Below are positions 12,101 to 24,122 of a stretch of 64,000 nucleotides of DNA, piece after piece. The notes under the pieces are model-generated. The model did no database searches. It saw nothing but the letters and a program-made list of their open reading frames with translations, and was not told the origin of the DNA. A program made the position numbers and the translations under genes. Every line of letters starts with the position of its first letter. Position 1 is the first letter of the stretch. Source of the DNA: Chlorokybus atmophyticus. Taxonomy: Eukaryota; Plantae; Mesostigma and Chlorokybus algae. The stretch covers positions 87,038 to 151,037 of the forward strand of contig RHPI01000446.1 of the NCBI GenBank assembly GCA_009103225.1, in the 5' to 3' direction.

Positions 12101-15100
12101 ACTTTGAGCAAGTAAGAGAAATGCAGCAGAGAAACTACATGCGCTACCATGACGCCAGTCATGTCAAATTTGCACCCCACCTGATGAAATCAATGGCATA
12201 GTTTGCATGTTCTGCCATCCCAGTGCCAATGGTCAAGATGTTGGGGTCAAAGATGATGTCGTCGGGGACAAAGTCAATCTCCTCAACCAGCAGCTTGTAT
12301 GCCCGCTGGCAGATGCGCACCTTCTCCTCAAATGTGGCAGCTGCAAACAGGAAGCATTTGAACTCACCCATTAACATGCACACGAACACATCCAATGATC
12401 AAGTACCAGCAAACAAACTCACCTTGCCCCTGCTCGTCAAATGCCATAACCACAACGGCAGCGCCATGCCGCTTGACTATGGATGCCTGCTTGAGAAACT
12501 CGGCCTCACCGCCCTTCAGGGAGATAGAGTTCACAATGCATTTGCCCTGGCTGCATCTGAGCCCCGCCTCCACAACATGGAATTTTGAAGAATCAATCAT
12601 GAAAGGGACCTTGGAGGCCTCAGGCTCAGAGACCAACAGGTTCACAAACTTGGTCATGGCAGAGACGCCATCAATCAGCCCGTCATCCATGTTGATGTCA
12701 ATGACGTCAGCTCCAGCAGCAACCTATCGATGCATGAAACTCAGGTACTGCGCTAGTGCACAGGACTGACTGCATTGCATGAGCAATAAACGCAGTACAT
12801 ACCAATACATCCAGCAGTACCTGCTTGAGAGCGATGTCAAGGGCCTTATCCATTTTGCCATCAATGATGGCTTTCTTGAAGATCGACGAGCCTGCCACAT
12901 TGCAACGCTCGCCAATACACACAAAGGTGTCCCTGTACGTGCTGTAGTCTGTCCCAGGATTGTAAATCAGTGGCTCCAGCCCACTCAACCGCAGTCGGGG
13001 TTCTATGACTGGGAGTTTACGCGGAGGATACTGCGCCGCCAACTCTGCCATTGCCTTGATATGATCAGGGGTAGTGCCACAGCAACCACCCAAAGCATTC
13101 AGGATGCCAGCCTCAAAAAATGGGCGTATCTGCTCCGCCATCTCTGCTGGCTTTTCATCATAGCCGCCCATAGCATTGGGCAGGCCAGCATTGGGATAGC
13201 AGAAAACGTGCGTATCGGCAACCTCACTGAGTCTCTCCACATACTTCTGCATGTCCTTGGCTCCTAGTGCACAGTTGAGACCCACTGCCAAGGGCTTTGC
13301 ATGGTTGATGCTTATCCAGAAAGACTCGTTGGTTTGACCACTAAGCGTTCTCCCGCTCATGTCCACAATGGTGCCACTGCAAGAAAGGCAACACTCAGCC
13401 GCACACAATATCACCAGCTGAACCACATGTCAAGCACATACCTCACAAAAATTGGCAACTCAACGCTGTGGTCCTTGAAGAACAGATCAATAGCATACAA
13501 AGCTGCCTGCCATTACGCACGCGTTAAGTTGGAAAGACAATCAACACAACCATCAGCACACAGTGACCAAGCACTGACAGAAGCACTGTCCGTGAAACTA
13601 ATTTTGCAAAGCAACCCCTTTTGACCAAACTCAAATGCTCACAAGATGTATACCGCAGTAGCAGCACAGTGAATTGTTCATACCTTGGCGTTTAGCGTGT
13701 CAAAGATAGTTTCTACCAGCAGAAGATCAACACCTCCTGCCACCAGGCCTTCAATCTGCTCATAGTACGACGTGACAATCTCATCATAGGTGCACGCTCG
13801 GAAGGCTGGGTTTTCCACTGAAGGTGAAACGCTCAGCGTCCTGTTGGTGGGACCAATCGCGCCGGCCACAAACCGCGGCTTGTCAGGAGTCTGTCGCGTG
13901 AAGTCATCTACTGCTCGTCTTGCTACCTCTGCTGCTTTCTTGTTGATCAGCAAGACCTCCTCCCGAGCTTGCAGCTCGTAGTCAGCCTGTGATATGGATG
14001 TAGCATTGAACGTGTTGGTCTCGATGATGTCAGCGCCTGCAGCCAAGTACTCGCGGTGTATCGCTTCAATGATGTCCGGTCGTGTGATGACCAGCACATC
14101 ATTGTCGCCTTTGAGATCGTGCGTGTGCTTCGCGTAACGTTCGCCTCGGAAGTCGTCTTCCGTGAGCTTGTAACGCTGGATCATAGTGCCCATCGCTCCA
14201 TCAATGATCATCACCCTTTCTTTCATGATGCTGCGGATGAGATCAGATTTGTCTTGAACGTTGGGAGCATCTGCACAAAATCGTCTCAGCACTAATATGA
14301 CCATAACCAAGTACCCTTAGCACAATAGTAAGCCCTGCGAGTAGCGACCATGCAGCATGTGCTGCAGTAAACTGCTGGCATGTGACGCATGCTTCAATGT
14401 ATTACCTTTTCTGAGAGGTTGCGAGGGCGGTAAAGCCTTCCTTTTGTACTCTGGCACAGGTGCTGATTTGCACAACAAGTGTTAGCAATTTGCAACGCTA
14501 GTGAACCGCTGTGGCACTTGCTAACTGGTAGGTGCAACAGCACTTACGTAGCACGGCTGGCGGCGCCAACGGGTCCTCTCCAGGGGCGTATCTGCAGACT
14601 TTGGGGGGCATCTTGGGTGCGTTCTGCTTTGCCTCCTCCTCTTTCTTCTTCTCTGCTTGCTGGTTGATGTAATCCAGCATACGCTCTGTAGAGTCTGGCC
14701 GTCGGTTTAGCAGCACGTCCTCCACATGCTCGAGAAGGTCTTTGGAAATCTTATGGTAGTCGTCTGCTTTAACCTGTGCTGTGTTGACAATTCCCATGTC
14801 CATGCCATTAAGGCATGCGTGATACAGGAAAGCGCTGTGGAAGGCCCGCCTCACAACATCATTGCCGCGGAAAGAGAAGGCAATGTTTGAGACACCCCCA
14901 CTGATCTTGGCTCCAGGGCACACGCGCTTAATCTCGCGGACAGACCTGCCCAGCATCAAGAAAACAGATGAGCTTACAACAACCATAAGCATGTCGCGCT
15001 GGCATGGTCAGTGACAGGCAAGATTCCATTTGCATGCAGCAGAGCTACTGCATGCAAATACCATGCAGACAAACCATATCAACATGCTAATTGAATGCAT

Positions 15101-17470
15101 GAGTTCCCACCTGATAAAATCGATGGCATAATTGGCATGTTCTGCCATACCAGTGCCAATGGTCAGAATGTTGGGGTCAAATATGATGTCCTCCGGGTAG
15201 AAGTCAATCTTTTCAACCAGCAACTGGTATGCCCGCTGGCAGATGCGCACTTTCTCCTCAAATGTGGCAGCTGCAAACAGGAAGCACTTCAACTCACCCA
15301 TTAACACGCACAAGGACACACCCAATGATTAAATACTAGCAAACAAACTCACCTTGCCCCTGCTCGTCAAATGCCATAACGACAACAGCAGCACCGTGCC
15401 GTTTGACTATTGATGCCTGCTTGAGGAACTCTGCCTCACCGCCCTTCAAGGATATAGAATTTACAATGCATTTGCCCTGGCTGCATCTGAGCCCGGCCTC
15501 TACAACATGGAACTTTGAAGAGTCGATCATGAAAGGAACCTTGGAGGCATCAGGCTCAGAGACCAACAAGTTCACAAACTTGGTCATGGCAGCGACGCCA
15601 TCAATCAGCCCGTCATCCATGTTGATGTCAATGACGTCAGCTCCAGCAGCAACCTATCGGTGCATAAAACTCGGTTCTGAGCCAGTGCACAGGACTGCAT
15701 TGCATGAGCTACAAAAGTGAACGACACATCCAGCCGAACCTGCTTGAGTGCAATGTCAAGGGCCTTATCCATCTTGCCATCGATGATGGCTTTCTTAAAG
15801 ATTGTTGAGCCTGCCACATTGCAGCGCTCACCGATACACAAAAAGGTGTCCCTGTACTTGTTGTAGTCTGTCCCAGGATTGTAGATCAGTGGCTCCAGCC
15901 CACTCAACCGCAGTCGGGGTTCTATGACTGGCAGTTTGCGTGGAGGATACCGTGACGCCAACTCTGCCATTGCCTTGATATGATCAGGGGTAGTGCCACA
16001 GCAACCACCCAAAGCATTCAGGATGCCAGCTTCAAAAAACGGCTGTATTTGCTCCGCCATCTCTGCTGGCTTTTCATCGTAGCCGCCCATAGCATTGGGC
16101 AGGCCAGCATTGGGATAGCAAAAGACGTGCGTATCGGCAACCTCACTAAGTTTCTCCACATACTTTTGCATGTCTTTGGCTCCCAATGCACAATTGAGAC
16201 CTACTGCCAGGGGCTTGGCATGGTTAATGCTTATCCAGAAAGCCTCGTTGGTTTGGCCACTGAGTGTTCTCCCGCTCATGTCCACGATGGTACCACTGCA
16301 CAGAAGAAACAACACTCAACCGCATGTAACAGAACTAGCTGATACTGAATCGCAAGCACATACCTTACAAAAATTGGCAACTCAAAGCCATGGTCCTTAC
16401 AACATAAATCGATGGCATATAGCGCTGCCTGCCGATATGCACGGGTCAAGTAAGCGGATACTCCCATCAGCACACAGCGCCGACAGACATCTTGTATAAG
16501 TTAGCTTGCGCCCAGCGGGTTCCCCAGCTACAAGGAATTGTTTTCTACTGGTAGTTCACGGCGACAAACGGCATGAATACTGACAAGCAGGCACGTAGTT
16601 TGTCGATTGCTATGGTCAGCTAAAGTCGTCAATACAAGCAATCTCTGGCACGAGACAACAACGCTCGCACGAAGTTGCCACGAAGCAGCAGCACAGTGAC
16701 CTGTCATACCTTGGCGTTTAGCGTGTCAAAGATAGTTTCTACCAGCAGAAGATCGACACCTCCTGCCACCAGGCCTTCAATCTGCTCATAGTACGACGTA
16801 ACAATCTCATCATAGGTGCACGCTCGGAATGCTGGGTTTTCCACTGAAGGTGAAACGCTCAGCGTCCTGTTGGTGGGGCCAATCGCGCCAGCTACAAACC
16901 GAGGCTTATGTGGAGTCTGTCGTGTGAAGTCATCCACTGCTCGTCTTGCCACTTCTGCAGCTGCTTTGTTGATTAATAGCACCTCCTCGCGAGCTTGCAA
17001 CTCATAGTCTGCCTGCGAGATTGATGTGGCGTTGAAGGTATTGGTCTCGATGATGTCAGCACCTGCCGCCAAGTACTCGCGGTGTATCGCTTCAATGATG
17101 TCCGGTCGTGTGATGACTAGGACATCGTTGTCACCTTTGAGATCATGCGTATGATTCGCGTAGCGCTCGCCTCGAAAATCAGCTTCCGAGAGCTTGTAAC
17201 GCTGGATCATCGTTCCCATTGCTCCATCAATAATCATGACCCTTTCTTTCATAATGCTGCGGATGAGATCGGCCTTGTTCTGAGGCGGTCGCTCAGGCTT
17301 GGCCATAACCTCTGGAGAGATGGTGCTTGGCAGTGTAGCTGTGCTAGAGCTCTTTACTTCGTCAGCGGGGGGTAACACGGGCGTGTTTTGTGTGACATCA
17401 CAGCTTCTTGCTTTCTCAGGCAAAGCTGATTGTGCATCTTGCGTGCTAAACTCATGTTTGGGAGAGGAGG
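9153..17470 (-). CDS. METH: Cobalamin-dependent methionine synthase with tandemly duplicated Hcy-binding + pterin-binding module
   Basis: Two copies of [11 protein letters not shown]...GLNCALG...[11 protein letters not shown]...IGERCNVAG...[12 protein letters not shown]...[10 protein letters not shown]...[14 protein letters not shown] (about 17300-14600 and 14260-11740), then the cap domain ([20 protein letters not shown]), B12-binding [26 protein letters not shown] and LIGGATTS, and the AdoMet domain [17 protein letters not shown]. Stop TGA at 9153-9155. Confidence 0.96.
14406..14462 (-). other. 57-nt linker exon joining METH module 1 to module 2 in frame
   Basis: Donor GTAAGT at 14547 (phase 1), acceptor CAG at 14465-14463, exon encodes [19 protein letters not shown], donor GTAAT at 14405 (phase 1), acceptor TGCAG ending at 14271, giving [16 protein letters not shown]. 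Confidence 0.8.
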
Positions 17471-17998
17471 CTGCAGACACAGTCAGAGATGAGACGCGTT
17501 ATCATCATCGTTTACAACAGCAGCAGACTATCAGCCCCGGATGACACGAGGCTCAGTCAGCACCAAACTAAAGGGAGTCACGCATTCTACAAGAACAATT
17601 GGAGTCATTGTTTCTAACAGCCCAGACACCACTGCTTGCGTCAGAGTTTCAAGCTTTGGTATGTTCAAGCAGACCCAAAAAAAAGGACAGCGACATTGGC
17701 AGAAACGACAGTCAATGAAAGCGCATTCAAGATGATAGGTGTCTACGCAAGTGTGTGGTTGCAAACCAGCACGTGTCTACGAATGGTAGCAGCCCAACTA
17801 GACAGTCGTGAAAGGAACAATCTAGTGAACCGCCTGAGGAAATGCTGCTGAACAGTAACATTGCTTGCATACACATGACAGCTGACAATGCCCATCCAAG
17901 ATACAAGGTGACTCGCGCAAGTGCATGTTTGGAGCTTATGCCTGTGGTGACTCAGCACGGTAGCTGCAGATCTTGCCGGTTTTGAACAGTCAACCCAC

Positions 17999-18074
17999 AT
18001 GTAGTGCTGGTGTTGAAGGCTGGACTGGTCAACAGCTAAGTTGACCAGTCCAGCCTTCAACACCAGCACTACAT
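17999..18074. repeat. Perfect 35-bp inverted repeat with 6-nt loop
   Basis: ATGTAGTGCTGGTGTTGAAGGCTGGACTGGTCAAC (17999-18033), loop AGCTAA, exact reverse complement at 18040-18074. Confidence 0.97.
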
Positions 18075-18447
18075 CACAATCAACAGCACCGCCGACTGTA
18101 CATGAGGTGGGAAGAGATTAGGTCACAACGAATGTGGCATGCAGGTCCTGACGCGTCCGCAGCAATCAGAATGCATGCAAGTCTTGCTGCTCAAAGCTCC
18201 ACTCATGCAGCTATAAACCCGCGCACCCAAGGCCCCACTTCAACTGGGCATGCTCATTAGCGCAATGCAAACAGCACGGCTGAGCTAGCAGCATGCCCAC
18301 AACTACGCAATGCCATGCGGATTCACAGACGAGGCTACCAACCGCCGTTTCAGCTAAAACACAGCATGTTCGCAAGTAATGCTAAGCTGCTGCTGCTGCT
18401 ACTGCTTGTAAGCATGCTGCCTGACGACCAGACTTCCTGAAGATCAC

Positions 18448-18685
18448 CTGTGTCAAGTGCTAAAGCGGCGCGGTCCTGAGCAACAGTCCTCTGCTGCTGC
18501 TGCGGATCCCTGCCGAAGATCCAGAAGGCGGCGGCGGCGAGGCATGCCGCAGGCACAAGCAGGGGCAGCAGCAGCGTGACCAGCAGCAGGGCGGCGGAGG
18601 CGGCGGGGAACGCCGCCAGCACCGCCACTCCAGTCAATAGCGGGCGGTACCGGCAGAACCGCCATGCGCCCCCCACGCGGTCCAT
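18448..18685 (-). CDS. Hydrophobic exon, probable first coding exon of METH (alternatively a stand-alone small membrane protein ending at 18350)
   Basis: ATG 18685 MDRVGG...LLTGVAVLAAFPAASAALLLVTLLLPLLVPAACLAAAAFWIFG; the phase-1 donor ACAG|GTGATC at 18447 matches the phase-1 acceptor CTGAC...TGCAG at 17471. Confidence 0.55.
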
Positions 18686-18984
18686 CACCCCCTAACCCCC
18701 AAATTCCGACAACCTCGCCACCGCGGCCACCGCCGCCGCCGCCGACAACGACCTGGCCAGCGTCACTGCTTCAATGCCACCGTGACGCCGTCACGTAACT
18801 GGCCCAATCGCGTAGCGCGTGACGCACAGTAGAAAGTTGCTTCTTCGATTCCAGCATTTGTTTGTAAGTCTAAAGCTCAATTACAAATCTATGCGCGGCA
18901 AAAGTCAGTTCGCGGTTACAGGGGTTGACCCGCAGTTGACACCTGTTACGCAAGCGCAAAATGGTTAGGATTTAACCAAGCCTA

Positions 18985-19325
18985 CCGTACTGCCAGGAAT
19001 TCAGCCAATTTGCGTTTTCCGAGTTAGTCTCCGAGTTAGTTTTTCTTTCGACCTTTGCGCCGCAGGCGCTGCACATTATCGACGAGCGGTGATCCAACGG
19101 TCAATTATGCCTACCGTAGGCGTCAGTGACCGATGAACGGCTTGTAGAAGTCCGGTAGAGGCCCCGCCTACGAGGGGCCTTTACCGGCCTTCTACAAGCC
19201 GTCCATTGGTTTTAAGCTCTATCAACGCCGTCAACCATAGTGCCATCAACCGGTCTAGCCTTTTTTGACAGTTTTGATGACTTGCTGGAAATATTGTTTT
19301 GGTCGAATGATTCCTAGCGGTACGG
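18985..19325. mobile_element. MITE-like element (Tc1/mariner-superfamily-like: TA target duplication, CCGTA termini) with internal hairpin
   Basis: Left TA|CCGTACTGCCAGGAATTCA and right TGATTCCTAGCGGTACGG|TA form imperfect TIRs of about 19 bp. An internal 37-bp stem at 19129-19210 has two mismatches and two G-U pairs. No ORF. Confidence 0.6.
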
Positions 19326-19739
19326 TACTGATTGCATTTGTCGGTCAGGTGGTGATTTCTCCGTTGTAAGCCCAGTTAAGCACGTCGCTTACAAAGCTGT
19401 TATTTAACCTCGACGACATTTACGAATGCTGCCACGTGGCGTTCAGGTCATCTGGGGGGAAGCAGCGGCGGCGGCGGCGGCGGAGGCGGAGGAAGCGGAG
19501 GAGGCGGAGGCGGAGCTGGTGGCTTGGGTCGGAGGAGTTGGCAAGGTCGTTACCTGGAGCTGGGTGGCGAATGCTAGCTTAGCCCTGGGCTGGTGTGTGT
19601 GAGGGTGTGGCCTGGTCAACAACCGCCCAGGTGGTGGTGGAGGTGTTGTTTGAGCAGCTAGCTGATATGTTGTTAGTGCGGTAGCTGTTGGCACAGCACG
19701 CAGGGTTGTAGTGGGCTGGGTTAGAGCAGCGGCGGCAAC

Positions 19740-22257
19740 ATGCTGCAGAACGCCACCGCCTACCTGGTGGCAGCGGCGTTCGCCTTCTCCGCCTGTGCCG
19801 TCTCTCTCTACCATATCTATGGCCACCTTCGCAACTACACCGAGCCGGTGTACCAGCGATTCATCGTCCGCATCATCTTCATGGTCCCGGTCAGTGCACA
19901 CTGTATCACACTCTAGCTCAAATCTCTCTCCTAGCAAGCATGACTTGCATGCTTGTGTGTAAGCTGTGCACACAACATTGTGGGCTAGGGTTAGGGTGCT
20001 CAGACGGGGGACCCAAGGATCCACGACAGTGTTCACGACTCAAGCACATGTAGCTTCACTGACCCATCGTAATTAGTGTAGGTCGGTGTGTGGTTGTATT
20101 GTTGCAGTGTTTTTGCACCAGACTGACAAGTACCCGTGTATGAGTTTTTGACATCGTGCCCAACCCACATCTGATATGTAACAACTTGTCCTCGTGCAGG
20201 TGTACGCAATCTCTTCATGGTTTTCGCTTGTATTCCGACATGAAGCTATTTACTTTGACACCATCCGAGATGTGTAAGCAGCTGCATGGTTGCTTACTAT
20301 TGGTTGGCACACAACTACAATACTGATTCATCCAAGCTGCGTGTGAACTGGCTTTTTATCATTGCAGGTATGAAGCGTGGGTTATATACAACTTCTTGTC
20401 CCTCTGTTTGGCGTATTGCGGCGGGCCGGGAGCGGTTGTGGTGAGTCTCGAGGGGCAGGTGCTCAAGCCCAGCTGGTGGTGGGGCACATGCTGCTTGCCG
20501 CCGCTGCAGCTTGACGGGTACGCACACTTCAGTTGCATGTGCATCAACTTACTTGAGGGCAGCAGAGTCAACCTCAGTGGTTTGAGTTACTCTATTCGCT
20601 ACACCTGTGTATGATCACATTTCAGCAGATGCGTGTATGAAAGCTTGCTTGTCATGTTTTCTCCATGAAGGACTGCATGAGGTTTGTAGTAGCCATTGTT
20701 GCCAAGCCAAAGGCAGCTTATTGTGCAACTCGGATAAGTGCTGCTCAACACTACCTCTGTGACTTACCGTGACTTACTGGGTGTCTGCATCTTGTTGGTC
20801 GCATGCACATGTGTGCGTGTGTTTGATGTGTGTCGTGTGGCAGGCATTTTCTGCGGCACGTGAAGCAGGGTGCGCTGCTGTTTGTCTTCGTGAAGCCTGT
20901 GATGGCGGCGGCAGCGTTGATACTTCACTCGTGCGGGCTCTATGAGGAAGGAAATTTCGACCCCACGGAGGGGTACCTCTACATTTCCATTGTGTACAAT
21001 ATTACGTACACCATTGCCCTCTACAGCCTGCTGCTCTTCTACGCTGCGACGCGTGAGCTCCTTGCCCCCTTCAAACCTCTCGTAAAGTTCGTATGCATCA
21101 AAGCCGTCGTCTTTGCTACGTACTGGCAGGTATGCATACACATACAACCATCTTGAAGCTTCGCTATGCCTCTCATGGTCAGTGGTTATGTACATGTCCA
21201 ATCGTGCAGGTATAGGCCGTGCACTGGTTGCATTGTTCTAAAGCTGTGTCCGTGCTTGCAATCAACGCACAGCGAGTGTCATCTTGTTACTTGAAACTCT
21301 GGATTGTGCACAAGCTTACACGACGTAGTGCGCAGATGCTGCTCGGCATGCATGTTGTATGCTGCCTATGTCGTCTCCAGCTCAGTCTGTGCGAATGTGT
21401 GTGGTTGTGCGCAGGGGTTCTTGTTCGCGCTGCTGGTGAAGTTCGGTGTGCTCAAGGATGCGGGAGACAGCAAGCTGCTGCAGGACTTCACCCTTTGCAT
21501 TGAGATGCTGGTGGCGGCGTTCCTGCTGTGGCTCGCTTTCCCGTACACGGAGTATCGCGCCGCCACCGCTGTCAATGGCGAGGCCAAGCTGGGTGTCAGC
21601 ATCGGCCATGCCATCAGCTTCAAGGACGTCTTCGCAGACACAGTCCACCAGTTTGCCCCAACCTACCATGACTATGTCCTCTACTCCGATGGCGCCAAAC
21701 ATGACATGCAGGTGGGCATGTTGGGTCATGCTGCACTCATGCACAGGCGTGTATGCCCATCAACATTGCTCATGTGTACACGTGGACCATGTGGACTGGT
21801 CACTCAACGCCATGTTGTGTGGTCATATGCTGCGTTTGTCTGCAATTGACCATGATGCAGCAATGCTACGTGTCTGGACATTTCATGAACTTGTGCTTCT
21901 GTGTCTGACTCTGCATGTTGGTTGCAGAATCCGCGAGTGCCGCAGAATGCCCCGAAAGGCAAGCGTTACCGCACAAGGACGTTTGTGCCAACGGGCAAGG
22001 AGATGGGTATGGTGCACGCGAGCGGGGGGGCGGCAGCGTCATCGGCGGTGCATGCCTCGCCAGGGGGCAACCTGCCGCCAATAGACGACAGCTTAGAGTT
22101 GCTTGAGGCCGGGCAGTCCCGCTCGGAAGTGGCTCATCCCGCAGCGCATGTGGAGCCTCCCATCATCGACCCCTTTGGCATGCAGGACCTGAGGCCCGCT
22201 GCTGCGACTTCATCGGAAGACAAGGATATCCCTCTTCAGGAGATTGACTTGAAATAA
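19740..22257 (+). CDS. TMEM184/LAZ1-like organic solute transporter (OSTalpha family)
   Basis: HIYGHLRNYTEPVYQRFIVRIIFMVP, YEAWVIYNFLSLCLAY, KPLVKFVCIKAVVFATYWQ, LQDFTLCIEML, VHQFAPTYHDYVLY and PKGKRYRTRTFVPTG; stop TAA at 22255. Confidence 0.93.
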
Positions 22258-24122
22258 GGTGTTTGTTGATGTTGTTGTTGGCTGCGATTATGTATGTATG
22301 CAACGTTGATTGTGAGCTGTGTTGGGGGGGCGCTCTTACTCAACATCTCTGCAGATATCCGTGTGTTGCTTGCAGAGTGTTGGTAATGCGCAGCCAAATT
22401 GTTGCAATATAAAGGCTGCCCATGCTTGTACTTCATTCAAGCCTTGTGTTCATCTTGTACATACTTTTGCAGTATGGTATAGAACTGGTGGTTGGTTGCT
22501 GCACGCAGCTCTATATGTAAACGAGTGACGCTCGAGAAGTTGACCGGATTGGTTGCTGCTAGAATTGGTTGCTTATGGCTAAGTTGCAGGCCTTGTACTG
22601 GCTCTTTCTTGTAGTCGCAGAAACATACCGTTTACAGGCTGTTGTGTACCAAAAATGGTATGCTAGATTAGTCGCATGCAAGGTGTGCAATACAATAGCA
22701 GCACAACATGCAGCAGTGGGCACATACCATGCTTACACTCACCACCGGGCTGCCTACTCTACCCAATATGCTAAGCCCCTGCCCTGTTAGTCAGACGCAT
22801 GCATGGTGTCCAGCAATGTTTTTGGGTGCGTGCGGTCCAAGTCGCCGTGCACAAACTCCTTTATCAGGTGAACTGCGTACAGTCATTGCAACGACCATTG
22901 TCAACTCAGCGTCTATGCCTGCGCCAGACAGGACTGTAGCATTCGCAACTGCAGTGATTCAAATCGTACTGATTCCTGTTCACCTACAAACCTGGTTGCA
23001 CCATGACAGAAAGGGCACGGGGAGCAGGCTGACTGGCAACACAGCTTGCCCGTCGGAAGGACGAGGTCGCCCAACCCCACCAGCAGCACCTAGCTGCCAG
23101 CAGTAACGCAGCAGCACTGCACACTGCGTGACGCAGTGTGCGGGAGAATACCACACTGCGAGGTGACGTTGGAGCAAGGGGCAGGGCAGAGAGGCGGGGC
23201 AGAGGGGCCCTGCCAGATCAGGAGCGACAGGGTTGCAGCGTCTGCAATGGCGGAGGAGGAGGAGGCGGAGGGAGGAGACGCGAGGAAGGGGACAGGGCAG
23301 GAAGGAAGGAGAGAGAGGGAGGGAGGAGGAGGGACATATTCACACACTGCATGCTGCTACTGCTGCGCCGCTACAGCCAGTGACTACCTTTGTTGACGCT
23401 GCTACACGTGTGTTGTACAGGTAAACAATGCACGTATTTAATGAGATGGCTAACCGGGTGTTAGTTTTAGTGCAGGTAGTGAAGTTGGTATTGGTGGTTT
23501 GAGAGTGGTAGGTGTCAATACCCCGGTGGTCGACATGTTATCCAAAAACGGTGCGAGCTGCATGCTGCGCATGTTGCTGTGGATTGCATGTGTTGTGAGC
23601 AGTCCTGCTGCGCATGTTATATATATAGAGTAGTTGCGAGATGCAAAACCTGATAGAGTGCACTAGGTAGGCAGCCATGCTAGCATGACGTTGTACATTT
23701 TCTCGTATTTTAGTTGTGTCACTTTAAGATGCTTATCATGTCCATTACGGCATCAGAGGGGATGCATCCCTGCAAACAAAACCTGGTGCTCAGCAAGCTA
23801 GCAAGAAATGCATCAACCTGCACATCCATCCATGCCCAGCATGTGCTACATTAGCATTGGTCTCATCCTCTGTGTCATGCGCCAACTACAAATGTTTTGC
23901 TAGCCTGTACATGGAGTCTAGCCTTGTGCCTTAAGATGTGCGCCAATCTACAAGTGCTTGTCTTCTGCCGACCTCGAATGTCCAGCATTGACTTCAAAAC
24001 AGCCATATAGCCTGGCTGACAGGCTGTCCAGTAAAGTGCTTACATCTCCTGCCATTGCCTCTCGCGCGATTGGGATACTCGCTATGGTTTGAATGTATTG
24101 CAGCAAAAACCAGGGGGAATCA

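Noticed and set aside
11740-17300. METH duplication as an assembly or haplotype artefact
   Set aside because: The copies differ at many synonymous sites and in intron length and sequence, and an in-phase linker exon joins them.
19980-20000. TTAGGG-like hexamers, also near 41648 and 53915
   Set aside because: Only 1-2 degenerate copies each, so not an interstitial telomere array.
22900-23520. GA-rich segment with splice-like signals between LAZ1 and PBP
   Set aside because: I could not assemble a coherent ORF or recognise a domain; it may be UTR or lncRNA.
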